The notes beneath the pieces were generated by a model. That model saw only the letters and a list, made by a program, of their open reading frames with translations. It did no database searches and had not been told where the DNA came from. Source: Eledone cirrhosa (taxonomy: Eukaryota). From it: a stretch of 64,000 nt of DNA. Both the position numbers and the translations under genes were made by a program. Positions 13,159-25,047 of this stretch are shown here, in pieces (the first letter of the stretch is position 1; every line of letters starts with the position of its first letter). The stretch is from positions 12,028,001 to 12,092,000 of the forward strand of contig OZ024759.1 in assembly GCA_964016885.1 (NCBI GenBank), in the 5' to 3' direction.

Positions 13159-13372
13159 CTCTGAAGAGAGACTTAAACTCAAAATGCTAAGAACTGAAAC
13201 TGTTAAGTCATTACCAGAGCCCTAACAACTCCATGAGGTCTTCTCATTCCCTGGAATGCTACGTCAATTATGGATCCTGGAAACATGAAAAATAAATTGA
13301 CCTCGGTGGGATTTGAACTCAGAAATGAAGGAACCAGAACAAACATCACAAGGTATTCTCTCCAGTCTCTAA

Positions 13373-13729
13373 CATTTCCATTAATTAACATTCCCAGTCT
13401 CTAACTTCCCTATTTATTAACATTCCAATTAATTAACATTCCCATTAACTAACATTCCCATTAATTAACATTTCCATTAATTAACATTCCCAGTCTCTAA
13501 ATTAACATTCCCAGTTTCTAACATTCCCATTAATTAACATTCCCAGTTTCTAACATTCCCATTAATTAACATTTCCAGTCTCTAACATTCCCATTAACTA
13601 ACATTCCCATTAATTAACATTCCCAGTCTCTAACATTTCCATTAATTAACATTCCCAGTCTCTAAATTAACATTCCCAGTTTCTAACATTCCCATTAATT
13701 AACATTCCCAGTTTCTAACATTCCCAGTC
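13373..13729. repeat. Degenerate 15-17-bp tandem repeat (taacattcccattaat / taacattcccagtctc)
   Basis: Seen directly; it grows out of the end of a minus-strand SINE remnant at about 13270-13375. Confidence 0.9.
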
Positions 13730-13949
13730 TCAGGGCGAAAGAAGCCCTTCATTAATGTAGCTGGACTGTCGTCCTTACGGAGGTAAGTGACTGTCTATTG
13801 AAAAAAATATATATAAACGAAATGAATGGAGGTAATTCGTTCGGAATGGATTTTCATAGGAAAATTGTTAGTGCGTTGGTCTCAAGACGATGTTTTTAAT
13901 GAATATAATTTCATAATTTAGAGATTTAAAAAAAAAGGATTCAGAGATC

Positions 13950-14175
13950 GAATCCCTCATCGTCACAATACCACCAATGCACTGATAATTTTCTTGTAAA
14001 AATATATCTAATCCGACTCCCGAATCACCTCCATTCGATTCGTTTATATTTTTTTTTAAACAAAGAATGTGAAAAGTACCCATAAGTATAAGTATTCTAT
14101 TCACTAGAATTGCGCCCTTCGAGGTGACCTGCGAGCTGCGTCTCGGACTCCCAGTCTGTGTGACTGACGTTCGAT
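13950..14175 (+). repeat. Dispersed direct repeat, diverged copy at 20530-20735
   Basis: Shared blocks in the same order: cacaaYaccaccaatgc, aagtaSccataagta, tagaattgcgSccttcgMggtgRc and ctgcgtctcggactYccagt. Confidence 0.75.
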
Positions 14176-15028
14176 TCGTGGTGGCGTGCGATTGTTAAGT
14201 GGACCTGGGACTGTCCAGACAGTCCCTTTTGTTGTCAACAGTGAGTCGAAAAAAATGAATACTTAGAATCAAGGGGAGATAATTCCCATTTTTTAAAGCA
14301 AAGTTAACTTCAAGGAGGTCTGGGACTGTCTGGACGACCCCCAATTACATCTAAGGATGTCCCATACGATAACTAGATCGACTTCCGTTTCTTTGAAAGA
14401 GAACCATTTTGGATATTACTTTCATGTGAGGAGGTATGTAATGTTTTCTTTGCTCTATACTAGGACTATCTAAGAAACTATACCTTCTCTCTATACACGT
14501 ACATTCTATTAGATATACACTTTATGTCAATAACACTCACATTTTGGATATTGTGTTCATGTGGCTTTCTGGCACCTAATATATTTCTATTTCCCTTCAT
14601 GATATCCTCGTATTTTGTAATACGATAAGTAGATTGATATAGCTTTAACTTTTAGCCTACAACCATTTATATTCTTTCTAAAACCTACAACCTTGAAGGT
14701 GACTTACATTCTTGGAAGACAGTTTGATTAGAACCTTGGATACTTCTTACTACATTCTTGACTGACTTAGATTCGAACCTTTGATACTTACTTATATATT
14801 CTTAGTTTCTTTCGTTAGAAACTTAGTTTCCCTCCAACAATATTATTTCTAGTTCCCTTCATGATATCCTCGTGTTTTGTTGTAAATTCGTTTTGGAGAC
14901 TTATTCCTGACCTGTTGGTTGCTATATTCTGGTTATTAATATTAACCAGAATCTTTTAAGATCTGTCGTCTTTGGTCAGGGTGAATATTACACCCGTCTC
15001 GTTTTGGCCATAAAACTTAGGTTTTATA

Positions 15029-16833
15029 CCCATTTTTTAAAAATAGATATCATGATCGTGTTAACTAGATCGATATCACTTTAACCGACGTAACATAGAA
15101 CCATTTACATTCTTAGTTTATTTCGTTAGTTACCTCCCTTGATGTAGGAAAAGGTTTTCTTGTTTCCTCTTTTTAAATGTATATATAATAAAAAACAAAC
15201 TTGGAAGAATTTATAAAGTTTAATATTCTTTTTATTGATAACATATGTAAATGTCTTTTATTTCTTTTTGCAGATGTCCAGCCTTCAAGGTCATATGCTG
15301 TGTTGCCGTAACAATACATATATACGAATCGTGCTCAGTTTATTTTGATAAAAATGAATGACAAAGACACTAAGAATGTTTAAACAGCCTCATCAAGGTT
15401 TCGACCGAAAATGGTTGTCCAATAAACAATGTAGACAGTATCACCAATGGTTCCAATCTAAGGAAAGAGAATAGAAAATATCAATAATGTGAAAAGGAAA
15501 GAAAATTAGAGAAAGAACCATCAAGGGTTCGAATGTAGCAGTCGTCTAAAATAGTAAGTAACATAAAGGGTAAAAGTAAGTATCAATAAAAGTCAACAAT
15601 GTAAAAAGTGTTATTAAGGGTTCGAATCCAACAGTCGTCAAAGAATGTAGTAACCATCAAGGGTTCTAAGTATCAAGAACCTTCAAGTATGTAAAGAAAG
15701 TATTGAAGGTTCGAATCCAACTGTCTTCCAAGAACCTTGAAGTATCGAAGGTTCGAATCTAAGTCAGTCAAGAATGTAGTAAGAAGTATCTAACTGTCTT
15801 CTTAGATACTTCTTACTACTTTCTTAGAACCCTTGAAGGTTATTTACATTCTTGGAAGACAGTAGGATTCGAACCTTAGATACTTCTTACTACATTCTTG
15901 ACTTACTTTGATTCGAACCTTTGATACTTTCTTTACATTCTTGATACTTAGAACCCTTGATGGTTACTACATTCTTGGAAGACAGTTAGATTCGAACCTT
16001 CAATACTTTCTTTACATATTTAAAGGTTCTTGATACTTGGAACCCACGATGGTTACTTACATTCTTGGAAGACAGTTAGATTCGAACCTTAGATACTTCT
16101 TACTACATTCTTGACTTACTTAGATTCGAACCTTTGATACTTCGAGGTTCTTGGAAGACAGTTGGATTCGAACCTTCAATACTTTCTTTACATACTTGAA
16201 GTTTCTTGATACTTAGAACCCTTGATGGTTACTACATTCTTTGACGACTGTTGGATTCGAAGCCTTAATGACACTTTTAACATTGTTGACTTTTATTGAT
16301 AGATACTTTTCATTCCCTTTCTGTTACTTACTACTTTTGGACGACTGTTACATTCGAACCCTTGGTGGTTCTTTCTCTAATATTTCTTTCCTTTTCACAT
16401 TATTGATATTTTCTATTCTTTCCTTAGATTGTAACCATTGGTGATACTGTCTACATTGTTTATTGGACAACTATTTTTGGTCGAAACCTTGATGAGGCTG
16501 TTTAAACATTCTTAGTGTCTTTGTCAAAATAAACTGAACACGATTCGTATATATGTATTGTTACGGCAACACAGCATATCACCTTGAAGGCTGGACATCT
16601 GTAAAAAAAAAATAAAAGACATTTACATACGTTATCAATAAAAAGAATATTAAACTTTATAAAATTCTTCCAAGTTTGTTTTTTATTATATATACATTTA
16701 AAAAGAGGAAACAAGAAAACCTTTTCCTACATCAAGGGAGGTAACTAACGAAAGAAACTAAGAATGTAAATGGTTCTGTTAAAGTGATATCGATCCAGTT
16801 AACACGGTCATGATATCTAAAAAAAAAAATGGG
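15029..16833. repeat. 1.8-kb imperfect palindrome (fold-back family member 1)
   Basis: 15029-15793 is the reverse complement of about 16089-16833. The local axis is near 15797, and extra GTTCGAATC sub-repeats lie at 15820-16090. Confidence 0.93.
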
Positions 16834-17499
16834 CCGATTGTCTTGAATCTCCAAAGTATGTGAAGAGGGGACATCCTTTGGGGAAAGTAACTTAATAAAT
16901 TCGATTGATTTATATTAAAATCGAATAAAGCGTTTATATATTGAAAATGTTTTCGTTTCTCAGTATATGAAGCCTTATACTTGAGTCTTTGGGGCATGCA
17001 ATCAAGATTGCCCCGGATTCTCTGGTCTGTCGCGAAAAGCTTATCCCCTAAAGTGACTGAGAGTACAAGACTCCCCCCCCCCCCGAACGTAAGTCCATCA
17101 CAGGGTTAACCCCCCACTTATTGCTGGTGCTCTTGAGTCATACGTAAAACTAAAACAATTGTAAATTCATTTCATTTTTCGATCACTTTCTTCCGCTGTA
17201 TACTAATCATTGGTTAACTGTCTATCGGTGTTTGTAAAGATCGATATCGACTAACTTGTGGGTTTATTTCGCCATCATTAAGTCCCAGATTCGATCACAC
17301 CCCATGTGAAACTGGGTAAACAGAAACTGTGTGTCATCTGTAATTGACAATGGCCAGTCTTATAATACTGAATTTCCCTGGGAATTACGCATGTAATTAT
17401 AGATTAACTAGTGCTGTAGCATGGCCAGGCATCTTAGAAGGTGCTGTAGCATGCCCAAGGATCTTAGAGGGTGCTGCAGCATGGTCAGTATAATTGAAA

Positions 17500-17645
17500 C
17501 ATGCGCACTAGATTTCTAAATCTCGCGCTTGCGCATTCAAAACAAGAAAAAAAATGGCCGTCAGCTTGTAGAATTTTACAAGCTTTACAAAAACTCTTGC
17601 TAAATGGTTTAACAATGGACAATTGCTGCTTTCCGAAAGGTAACG
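17500..17645 (+). promoter_or_regulatory. Possible promoter / first-exon-like segment
   Basis: CpG-containing catgcgca and cgcgcttgcgca (NRF1-like), aaaatggccg (YY1-like) and a possible donor site aag|gtaacg in otherwise AT-rich unique DNA. Motif-only evidence. Confidence 0.2.
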
Positions 17646-18214
17646 TAGATTTCTATATTATGTTGAGGTTTGTAAATCTTTCCCTCTTAGTCTCTTTCGT
17701 ATGATATACTATTTACACCTTCTAGTTCTCTTGTTTACGTATTCTAACTCATTCCCAATTAACAATCTAACGTGGTCGTTTCGATTGTTGCCTACATCTT
17801 GCGATCTTTCCGAGTTACACACAATAAGTCCAGCTGTTCACCATCTATGTTTTAAACCCTTTTTCTCCCATTTGACTTTGTCGATGGGGGAATCTTATCT
17901 TCCGTCTTGTAATGTCGTAAATTTAGTTCTATACACCTAAGTTTTGTTTTCGCCTTTAATAGTCCAAGAACAGTGTACGTCTGTTTTTCTGGTGATCATG
18001 GTTGAAGTATTGATCAGTGTTAATAGATCGATATCGATTAACTTTCCCCACGTGAATTCTCAATCATTAGGTGAGAGAATGACATCTTGGGCAAGGGTCA
18101 TCATAAACTTTAGTTGACCCATGAGGGAAATTTAGTAGACAGCATCTATTCTGGAAGCCTGTACCTGTAATTGAGTCAGTCTTGTCACACACCGTGTGGA
18201 ACTTCAGTATTTCT

Positions 18215-18505
18215 TCGCATAGTGGTTACAGTGTTGGACTTACGATCATAATGTCATAAGGTCGATTCTTGATCGTGTTGTGTTCTTGAGCAAAACACTT
18301 CATTTCACGTGGCTCCAGTATACTTAGGTGAAAATGAGTACCAGTAGTATCATGGGGTGTAACTCTGTGATAGACTGGCGTTCTGTCCAGGTGAGGTTCC
18401 TGTATTTTCAGCCGACTAACTGATTCGGATAAACACCGGTCTAATGAGGCTCCGGATTTGAGACAGACTTTAATCTTGCAATCGACTGGCGTCCTATCCA
18501 GGGGA
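18215..18505 (+). mobile_element. Decayed tRNA-headed SINE
   Basis: gcatagtggttacag A-box-like, ggtcgattct B-box-like and tgtgttcttgagcaaaacacttcatttcac, shared with the SINE at 4921-5268. Confidence 0.65.
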
Positions 18506-19239
18506 AGTCTCTTACCATATTCCTAATGAAATACACAGACCACGTGATCCAATTCATGCTGAAAATAAACAATAAAATTCAACATGTTTCTTTTTTATTC
18601 ACAGAAAATATGTCGAGTGTATTTCTTTAAAACTCTTCCTAGTTGTTAATATTTCAGTGTATTTAAATGCTTCTTTCAAGATTGAGATCAAAGACCTTAA
18701 ATTGTTGATTCAATTCTTCAACAGTGCTAAACATTTTCTGAAACTGTTGTAAATTAATTTTGTATTCTGGAGAGGTTTTCTCGGGTGTTTTAACTATTCC
18801 AGTTATTCAATCGCCACTCCCACACACATATGTTACGTAAGTCCGTAATTATGATTGTACCCTGAGATGATAGATATTGATACGATTGCAATATGCCAAT
18901 AAAGTTTATATATATGCTGCAATTGACTTCGATCCTGCTTATATATATATGAGCGGTCACCCCACCGAACTTGCCTCTAAATGGGACAGACTCGTCTAAT
19001 CCATTCTAGCGTGGAAGATAGACATTAAACGTTGATGATGATATATAGGCATAATTATGTCCTCAGGTTCATTCACCTTCGATGGACATAGCCTTGGTGT
19101 TGATGTCCGTGTCCTTTGTTCATTGGGAATATTTACCCTCAATCCCCTCTCTCCTTCTCCAAAGCCTCCCTCATCCTGCGAACTGCAGCCTTCTTCTCTC
19201 GTCCTGTCATTCCAATGATTGTGAGCATCCTCCATACTG

Positions 19240-19530
19240 ATTAAGCCGATGATTCCCTGCAGCCCACCTCGACTGGAAATAGCCATACCTACGAACCTTT
19301 CTACTGCACAACTTCTTACTGTCCAGCTTCATGTTTAATCTTCCACACGTTAGTACAGTCTATCAAATCCACTGGTCACCTTTGCCAGTCTGTTGCGGAT
19401 TTCCCTCTCAATCTTGGCATGTGATGTGAAGATGCTGCCCAGGCAGCTGATATGATGGACTGTTTAGTTCAGTCTCGCCAATGGTGATATGGGTGTAGGC
19501 TGGTGGAATACCTCCATCTTTAAGTTTACT
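19240..19530 (-). pseudogene. Highly decayed RTE-like LINE RT C-terminal fragment
   Basis: The minus strand reads CLGSIFTSHAKIEREIRNRLAK, resembling the YLGS...IdxEixxRlaKA segment of RTE ORFs. Confidence 0.55.
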
Positions 19531-19554
19531 TACAGTCTAGAGAGCCGGGCCTGC

Positions 19555-19990
19555 CTTTTAACGTGATATACTGTTACATCTAAGGTTGTGTTTGTCCTTT
19601 AAACGTCCTTTATTTACAGTATATTGTGGTAGCTCTCCCTCCATAAGAACCACAGTTAAACGTAATATAAGTTTGTGTCTGTCTTGTAACGTCCCTGTTA
19701 TACAGTATACTGTGGTAGCTGTCCCCCCACACGGCAGCTGTAAGGTTGTGTTTGTCTTCCAGCATATTGTGGTAGCTGTCCCTCCTTACCGTCCACAGTT
19801 ACATCTAAGGATGGGTCTGTCTTTTAACGTCACTGATATACAGTATTCTGTCCTTCCACGCGGCCTACAGTTGCATCTAACGTCCCCTTTATAGTCTATT
19901 ATGGTAGCTGTACCTCCATACGGCCTACAATTACATGTAAGGATGTGTCCCTGATATACAGTCCCTCCTTACCGTTTACATCTAAGGAAG
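19555..19990. repeat. Degenerate tandem repeat, about 60-85-bp units
   Basis: Recurring tattgtggtagctgtccctcc and cagttacatctaagg...tgtc...taacgtc. Confidence 0.75.
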
Positions 19991-20764
19991 CTTATAAAAG
20001 GTTGACCTGTATTTTAACATCACAAGAACTGGGGTCATGTGTCCTTAAACCTGGAATACATCAAGGTACGTATTAGTCACATTTGTATCGATTGTAATTC
20101 AGGTATTAATATATTTTTCATTTGTAAATTGTTGATGCATTGCTGGTGATATGTGTGTGTTGTTACGGGGTGCACTTATGGTTGTCAATGTCAGTCTATA
20201 CTTCCTTTGGTGACTGTACAGGCAGTAGATATTTCAGTGGAAGTGTCTTTCCCACCTCAGTCTCTTTCCATCTCGAAGGCTCAATGTCCTGTAATATTTT
20301 GTGGCCAACGCATGTACGCCAAAAGAGCGGTTAAAAGACATGTCTAACCTATATAATCTTCTGTGGCTATCGCTTGACTGTAAACAAAGATTTAGAGACA
20401 TGTCTAATTTGCATCTCCATCATAAGGTCTTGCAGTCATCAAAGGATCCTCAATTGTAGAACACGGTCACCATCGAACTTCGATAAACCTCCACAATTAA
20501 ACCCCCTAAACACTCCGTTGGCAGACATTGAAAACCCCATCTTCACAACACCACCAATGCGTTAATAATTGTCTTATGAAAAGAATATTTGTTCCCTTTG
20601 CATATACTATTTTTTTTTTATCAAAATATTTCCCAAGTAGCCATAAGTACCATTAATTTACTCAGTAGAATTGCGGCCTTCGCGGTGGCATGTGAACTGC
20701 GTCTCGGACTTCCAGTATAGGTGGCTGGCGTTTCTTTTCGAAATGTTATTAATATGTAAATGAA

Positions 20765-21529
20765 CCTTTGAAGTTTCTATATATATAAGGAGAGCTGGAT
20801 GATCATCAACGAGGAAGAGAAAGGGTTCGAGTCAGATCCAGGGAACAGGGCCCTCAGCTATTTCCTCTTCATATTCTCGGGCCCTGTTCCCTGGATCTGA
20901 CTCGAACCCCCTCTCTTCCTCCCTGTGATCTCGTTGATGATCATCCAGCTCTCCTTACACCTAGACCTGTCAACCGCTCTCTCCACACTTCTGATCTTCT
21001 CTATCAGAGCTGACGATGCTTCCTCTTCTTCTCTTTCCTCGGCACCAGGGTCTCACTTGCATTGGTGAAGTACCGGTACCTCCCCGTCACACTCTCCTTA
21101 GTCCCTCCAATCTCTCTCTCCTCTGAGCACTGAACCTGTTCCTCACTTCTACTGTGAACCTCTCCTGTAGCTTATCATCTTCCTTGAAACATACATATGT
21201 CTGTATCATTTCATTTCATCATCATTTCATTTTACGTCCGCTTTTTACCTGCTTGCAAGGGTGGGACGGGAACTGATTCTGGCTTGATTTCTACAGCTGG
21301 ATGCCCTTCCTAACACCAACCTCATTTACAGTGAGTGCTGGGTGCTTTTTTGCCGTGGCACCTCCACGACCACTTTACAGTGGAATGATAGGGATCCCAG
21401 TCCCTATAATCTCATTTCTACAGCTGAGTAAACTGGAGCAATGTGAAATAAAGTGTCTTGCTCAAGGAAACAACACATCACTCGGTCTGAGAATTGGGTG
21501 ATGTGTTGTTTCCTTGAGCAAGACACTTT
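20765..21529 (-). mobile_element. Composite repeat, copy 2: fold-back RTE fragment plus SINE, ending in a second hairpin
   Basis: Near-identical to 4478-5209; 21450-21483 is inverted at 21497-21529. Confidence 0.85.
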
Positions 21530-21939
21530 GTATATGTATATATACACATATATAATTATTCATAAACTTATGTATATATATACACACACCCACACATATG
21601 TGTACATATTTTTATCTCCATAATAATTGTTCTGTATATATGTACAAAATACTTGTAGATTCTAAATTAATTTAAATATCGAAACGGAATGTGAGATAAC
21701 ACATGAAATATATTTTGAGACGTGTTACCTCCTTTTCCGTTTCTATATTTTTTTTTAAATGAATAAAATTTTACCTATAAGTATACTAATTTTGTTATAC
21801 TTTGGGAGGGTCATGTTGTCAATAAGAAACACACGCACCAGTTGATTTCACTCCAATTTATTATAAATTAAATTTATAAATTTAGGATTTTATAAATTTC
21901 TGGTTGGCTGGTTGGTTGGTTCCACAACCGGACGGTTGT

Positions 21940-22500
21940 TCATATATTGTCAAAGTTCTTTCGCCACAAATTCTGTGACCTTTTCAGTGATTGGGGATTC
22001 TTTTCTTTGTTTTTGTGCCTCTCCTTTGTTCTGTCCTACGCCATCTTGTTTTTGTGTGTGTTGTGTACTTAGTTTGCGCATGTGTTACATCCGGGTGTCT
22101 GTGTGTGTTTTTATTTGTTTATTTAAATGCTACTGGTTGGTTGTTTGTTCTATGTGTGTGTGTGTGTTTTCATTTTGTCCTTAACTGTAAGTTGTGATGT
22201 TGCTATTCCATTCATGTTTTCTATTTAATTTTGGTTGGAGTTCATTTATGTTTATTGCTTCTGTGATTTGACTAAACATTGCGTCTTTTCTGTGTGTAGA
22301 TTCTATTTTTATTTCTATGTTCTCTAATTTGCCCTTATGTTCTATTTTAGCATGTTGGTGGAGTATTGATGATTCTTTTTTATCTTGAAGCTCTCGCCAG
22401 TGTTCATTTAACCGTTCTCCTATACTACGAGCTGTCTCACCTATGTACACTATATTCTTATCTTTACATTGTCCTTCAGTACATCTTATGATATATCTAC
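21940..22500 (-). pseudogene. Penelope-like element 3' remnant: GIY-YIG endonuclease C-terminus plus degenerate hammerhead-like motif
   Basis: The minus strand reads YIIRCTEGQCKDKNIVYIGETARSIGERLNEH...ILHQH...ITEAININELQPKLNRKHE, the CxxxxC..YIGET..R..EH / EA..I....P.LN pattern of PLE GIY-YIG domains. Confidence 0.85.
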
Positions 22501-22519
22501 ATTTCTAGAAATGTAGTAT

Positions 22520-23045
22520 ATAGCATAAGATTACTAAAACTCGAGAACCACCCAACCGAGTTTTATTCAAACTTTACACATGTAGTACTTATGGTCCCGT
22601 GAGTGGTGTTTTGAGCAAAATAAATTTCAAATTTTCAATGCATTAGGCGATTTAGCGATCTCTCTCTATAATTCTTAGTCTTTCTCTTTTTAGATAGATA
22701 CATACATATAACGTCACGCCCTTATAATATCTGTCTGTATGCCTAACTGTCTGCAAATAGTCTTCCTGTTTTCCTTCGATTGCAACGTTTTTCGAAATAT
22801 TTACTTCTGCGTTCACAGATTGATTTTTTTAGTTTCAGAAGATCCTGTTAAGGGTAAAAGCAGCGATTCTTTGCTTAAAAATTAATCTGTTATTTTAATA
22901 TATATAATTATATATTCGTGTACAGATATTTTTGCATATACAATAGCAAAATATAAACAAACATATTTATTTCGCGAGGCTCGATAAGGATAAATATATA
23001 AGAACCCTAGAGCAAATCCCGAACAACGCCGGGCCATTCTGCTAG
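22520..23045 (+). mobile_element. Non-autonomous Helitron-like element, 3' end at 23045
   Basis: Hairpin cccgaacaacgccggg (23018-23033), 8 nt, then CTAG (23042-23045) followed by T, the canonical Helitron 3' terminus. An internal CTGT-rich stretch is present; the 5' end is not defined. Confidence 0.6.
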
Positions 23046-24057
23046 TATCTAATAAAAAACAAACTTGGAAGAATTCTATAAAGTTTAATATTCTTTTTAT
23101 TGATAACGTATGTAAATGACTTTTATTACTTTTAGATATCCAGCCTTCAAGCCGTAAAGAATGGCGAACTCTCTGTTAAGAAAGCTTACATATATACGAA
23201 TCGTGTTCAGTTTATTTTGACAAAAATGAATAAAGTTTACATATTATATACGAATTGTGTTCAGTTTATTTTGACAAAGACACTAAGAATGTTTAAACAG
23301 CCTCATCAAGGTTTCAAATCCAACAGTCGCTCCAAAAATAGACAGTATCACCAATGGTTACAATCTAAGGAAAGAGAATAGAAAATATCAATAATGTGAA
23401 AAGGAAAGAAATATCAGAGAAAGAACCATCAAGGGTTCGAATGTAACAGTCGTCCAAAAGTAGTAAGTAACAGAAAGAGAATGAAAAGTATCAATAAAAA
23501 TCAATAATGTAAAAAGTATCATTAAGGGTTCGAATCCAATAGTCGTCCAAGAATGTAACCATCTAAGTATCAAGAACCTTCAAGTATGTAAAGAAAGTAT
23601 TGAAGGTTCGAATCCAACTGTCTTCCAAGAACCTTGAAGTATCAAAGGTTCGAATCTAAGTGAGTCAAGAATGTAGTAAGAAGTAGCTAAGGTTCTAATC
23701 TAACTGTCTTCCAAGAATGTAAGTAACTTTCAAGGGTTCTAAGAAGACAGTTGGAATAGAACCTTAGTTACTTCTTACTACATTCGAACTTAACTCGATT
23801 TTTGCTCTAAAATTTTAATGTATTTATCTCCCTTTTTTTAAACTCTTCTTTTTTTTTAAGTGACTTCCGGTTCTTTGGAAGAGAACCATTTTGGATATTA
23901 CTTTCATGTAAAGAGGTATGTAATGTTTTCTTTGCTACTAGGACTAATAGATACACTTTATGTCAATAACGGATATAGTTTTCTATACACATACATTCTC
24001 TTAGATACACACTTTTCAGAAAACACGTTTCATATAGAATCTTTCTCGACATTTTAT

Positions 24058-24087
24058 AGTGTTTACCTCTGATCAGAGGTAAACACT
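24058..24087. repeat. Perfect 30-bp palindrome agtgtttacctctga|tcagaggtaaacact
   Basis: Seen directly in the left-arm spacer. Confidence 0.9.
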
Positions 24088-24231
24088 GTATTTAAGGTCG
24101 AGTGATTAGCGGCCTTTAGACTCACCTGATCAATGAAACTTTTGATAATACTAGAAATAAAACCTTTTTGTGCAGCCGACCATGTTATTCTTCAATCTTA
24201 CACACACATACACACACACATATATATATAT

Positions 24232-24368
24232 AAGGGTAAAGACCCTCACGATTGACCATGGGATTTTCATCTAAAAAGTTCCCCTCCGAGACCGGGCAAG
24301 GTTGTTTGTGGAAGACCAGCAGTCTTCCCTCCCCACGCCACTGATGTTGTCCAACTCATTTCTACAGA
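24232..24368 (-). mobile_element. SINE body fragment inserted in the left arm only
   Basis: gaccatgggatt...ccgggcaaggttgtttgtggaagaccagcagtc...ctcatttctacag; the last motif is shared with the SINE at 4921-5268. No mirror copy on the right. Confidence 0.45.
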
Positions 24369-25016
24369 CTGATCTAGAGAAACGTGAGACAACGCTAGTA
24401 AATCTTTATTTTATATTGAAGAGTTTCACTTAAACATTTTCCGTTTATTTCCCTCCATAATGTCAGCAATAATTAACCAATAGTTTTGTTTAGCTGCTGC
24501 CCCACCTCCACGTTGTGTTGTATTTCCAATGTAATGTCACCTCACACATTTCTCGGTCATATCAAATAGAATTTAGCGTATTTCTATATTATTTAAGTTG
24601 GCAAATAAGATAACATCTCTGTCTGACGACCGATCCAGACGTTTACTATTGTCTATGATCCAGAAACCTTTGGTAATGGAGTAGTTTGTGTTGTTCGCTT
24701 TCTAATATATATATAAACTCGTCGCTATTTATATACACACACAGACATATATTTATATATATGTATATATAGTTATGTAATAAACAACATAAAGCAATTA
24801 TTCCATTTACCAGTGGTTTCTTAAAAGCAAAAAATGTTGCTTTCAATCACCAGAATGAAAAAATCCTGGTGTCTTTATTGATATTGGATTCTAAAAACAA
24901 AAATGCAATCTATAACTGTTAAGCTCTGTTACCTACATAGAGCACTCTTTTTACCTGGACTTGTCCGACGGAATTACTTCATTTATATGTATATATATAC
25001 ACACACAGAGACAGAC

Positions 25017-25047
<31 letters not shown>

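Noticed and set aside
6013-13164. 2383-aa ORF as a real gene
   Set aside because: Translation of a 33/36-bp minisatellite with near-identical DNA units and no synonymous divergence pattern.
15520-16365. tRNA gene cluster
   Set aside because: Only the T-loop motif is present; no D arm, anticodon arm or acceptor stem could be formed.
16241-16444. LRR-like peptide LLLDDCYIRTLGGSFSNISFL (also 29371-29583)
   Set aside because: IRT comes from the reverse strand of the GTTCGAAT repeat, sub-repeat lengths do not preserve frame, and T-richness explains the Leu/Phe content.
16480-16500. Hammerhead ribozyme from cgaaac-cttgatgagg in the palindrome arms
   Set aside because: The motifs are adjacent with no room for stems I and III or a cleavage triplet.
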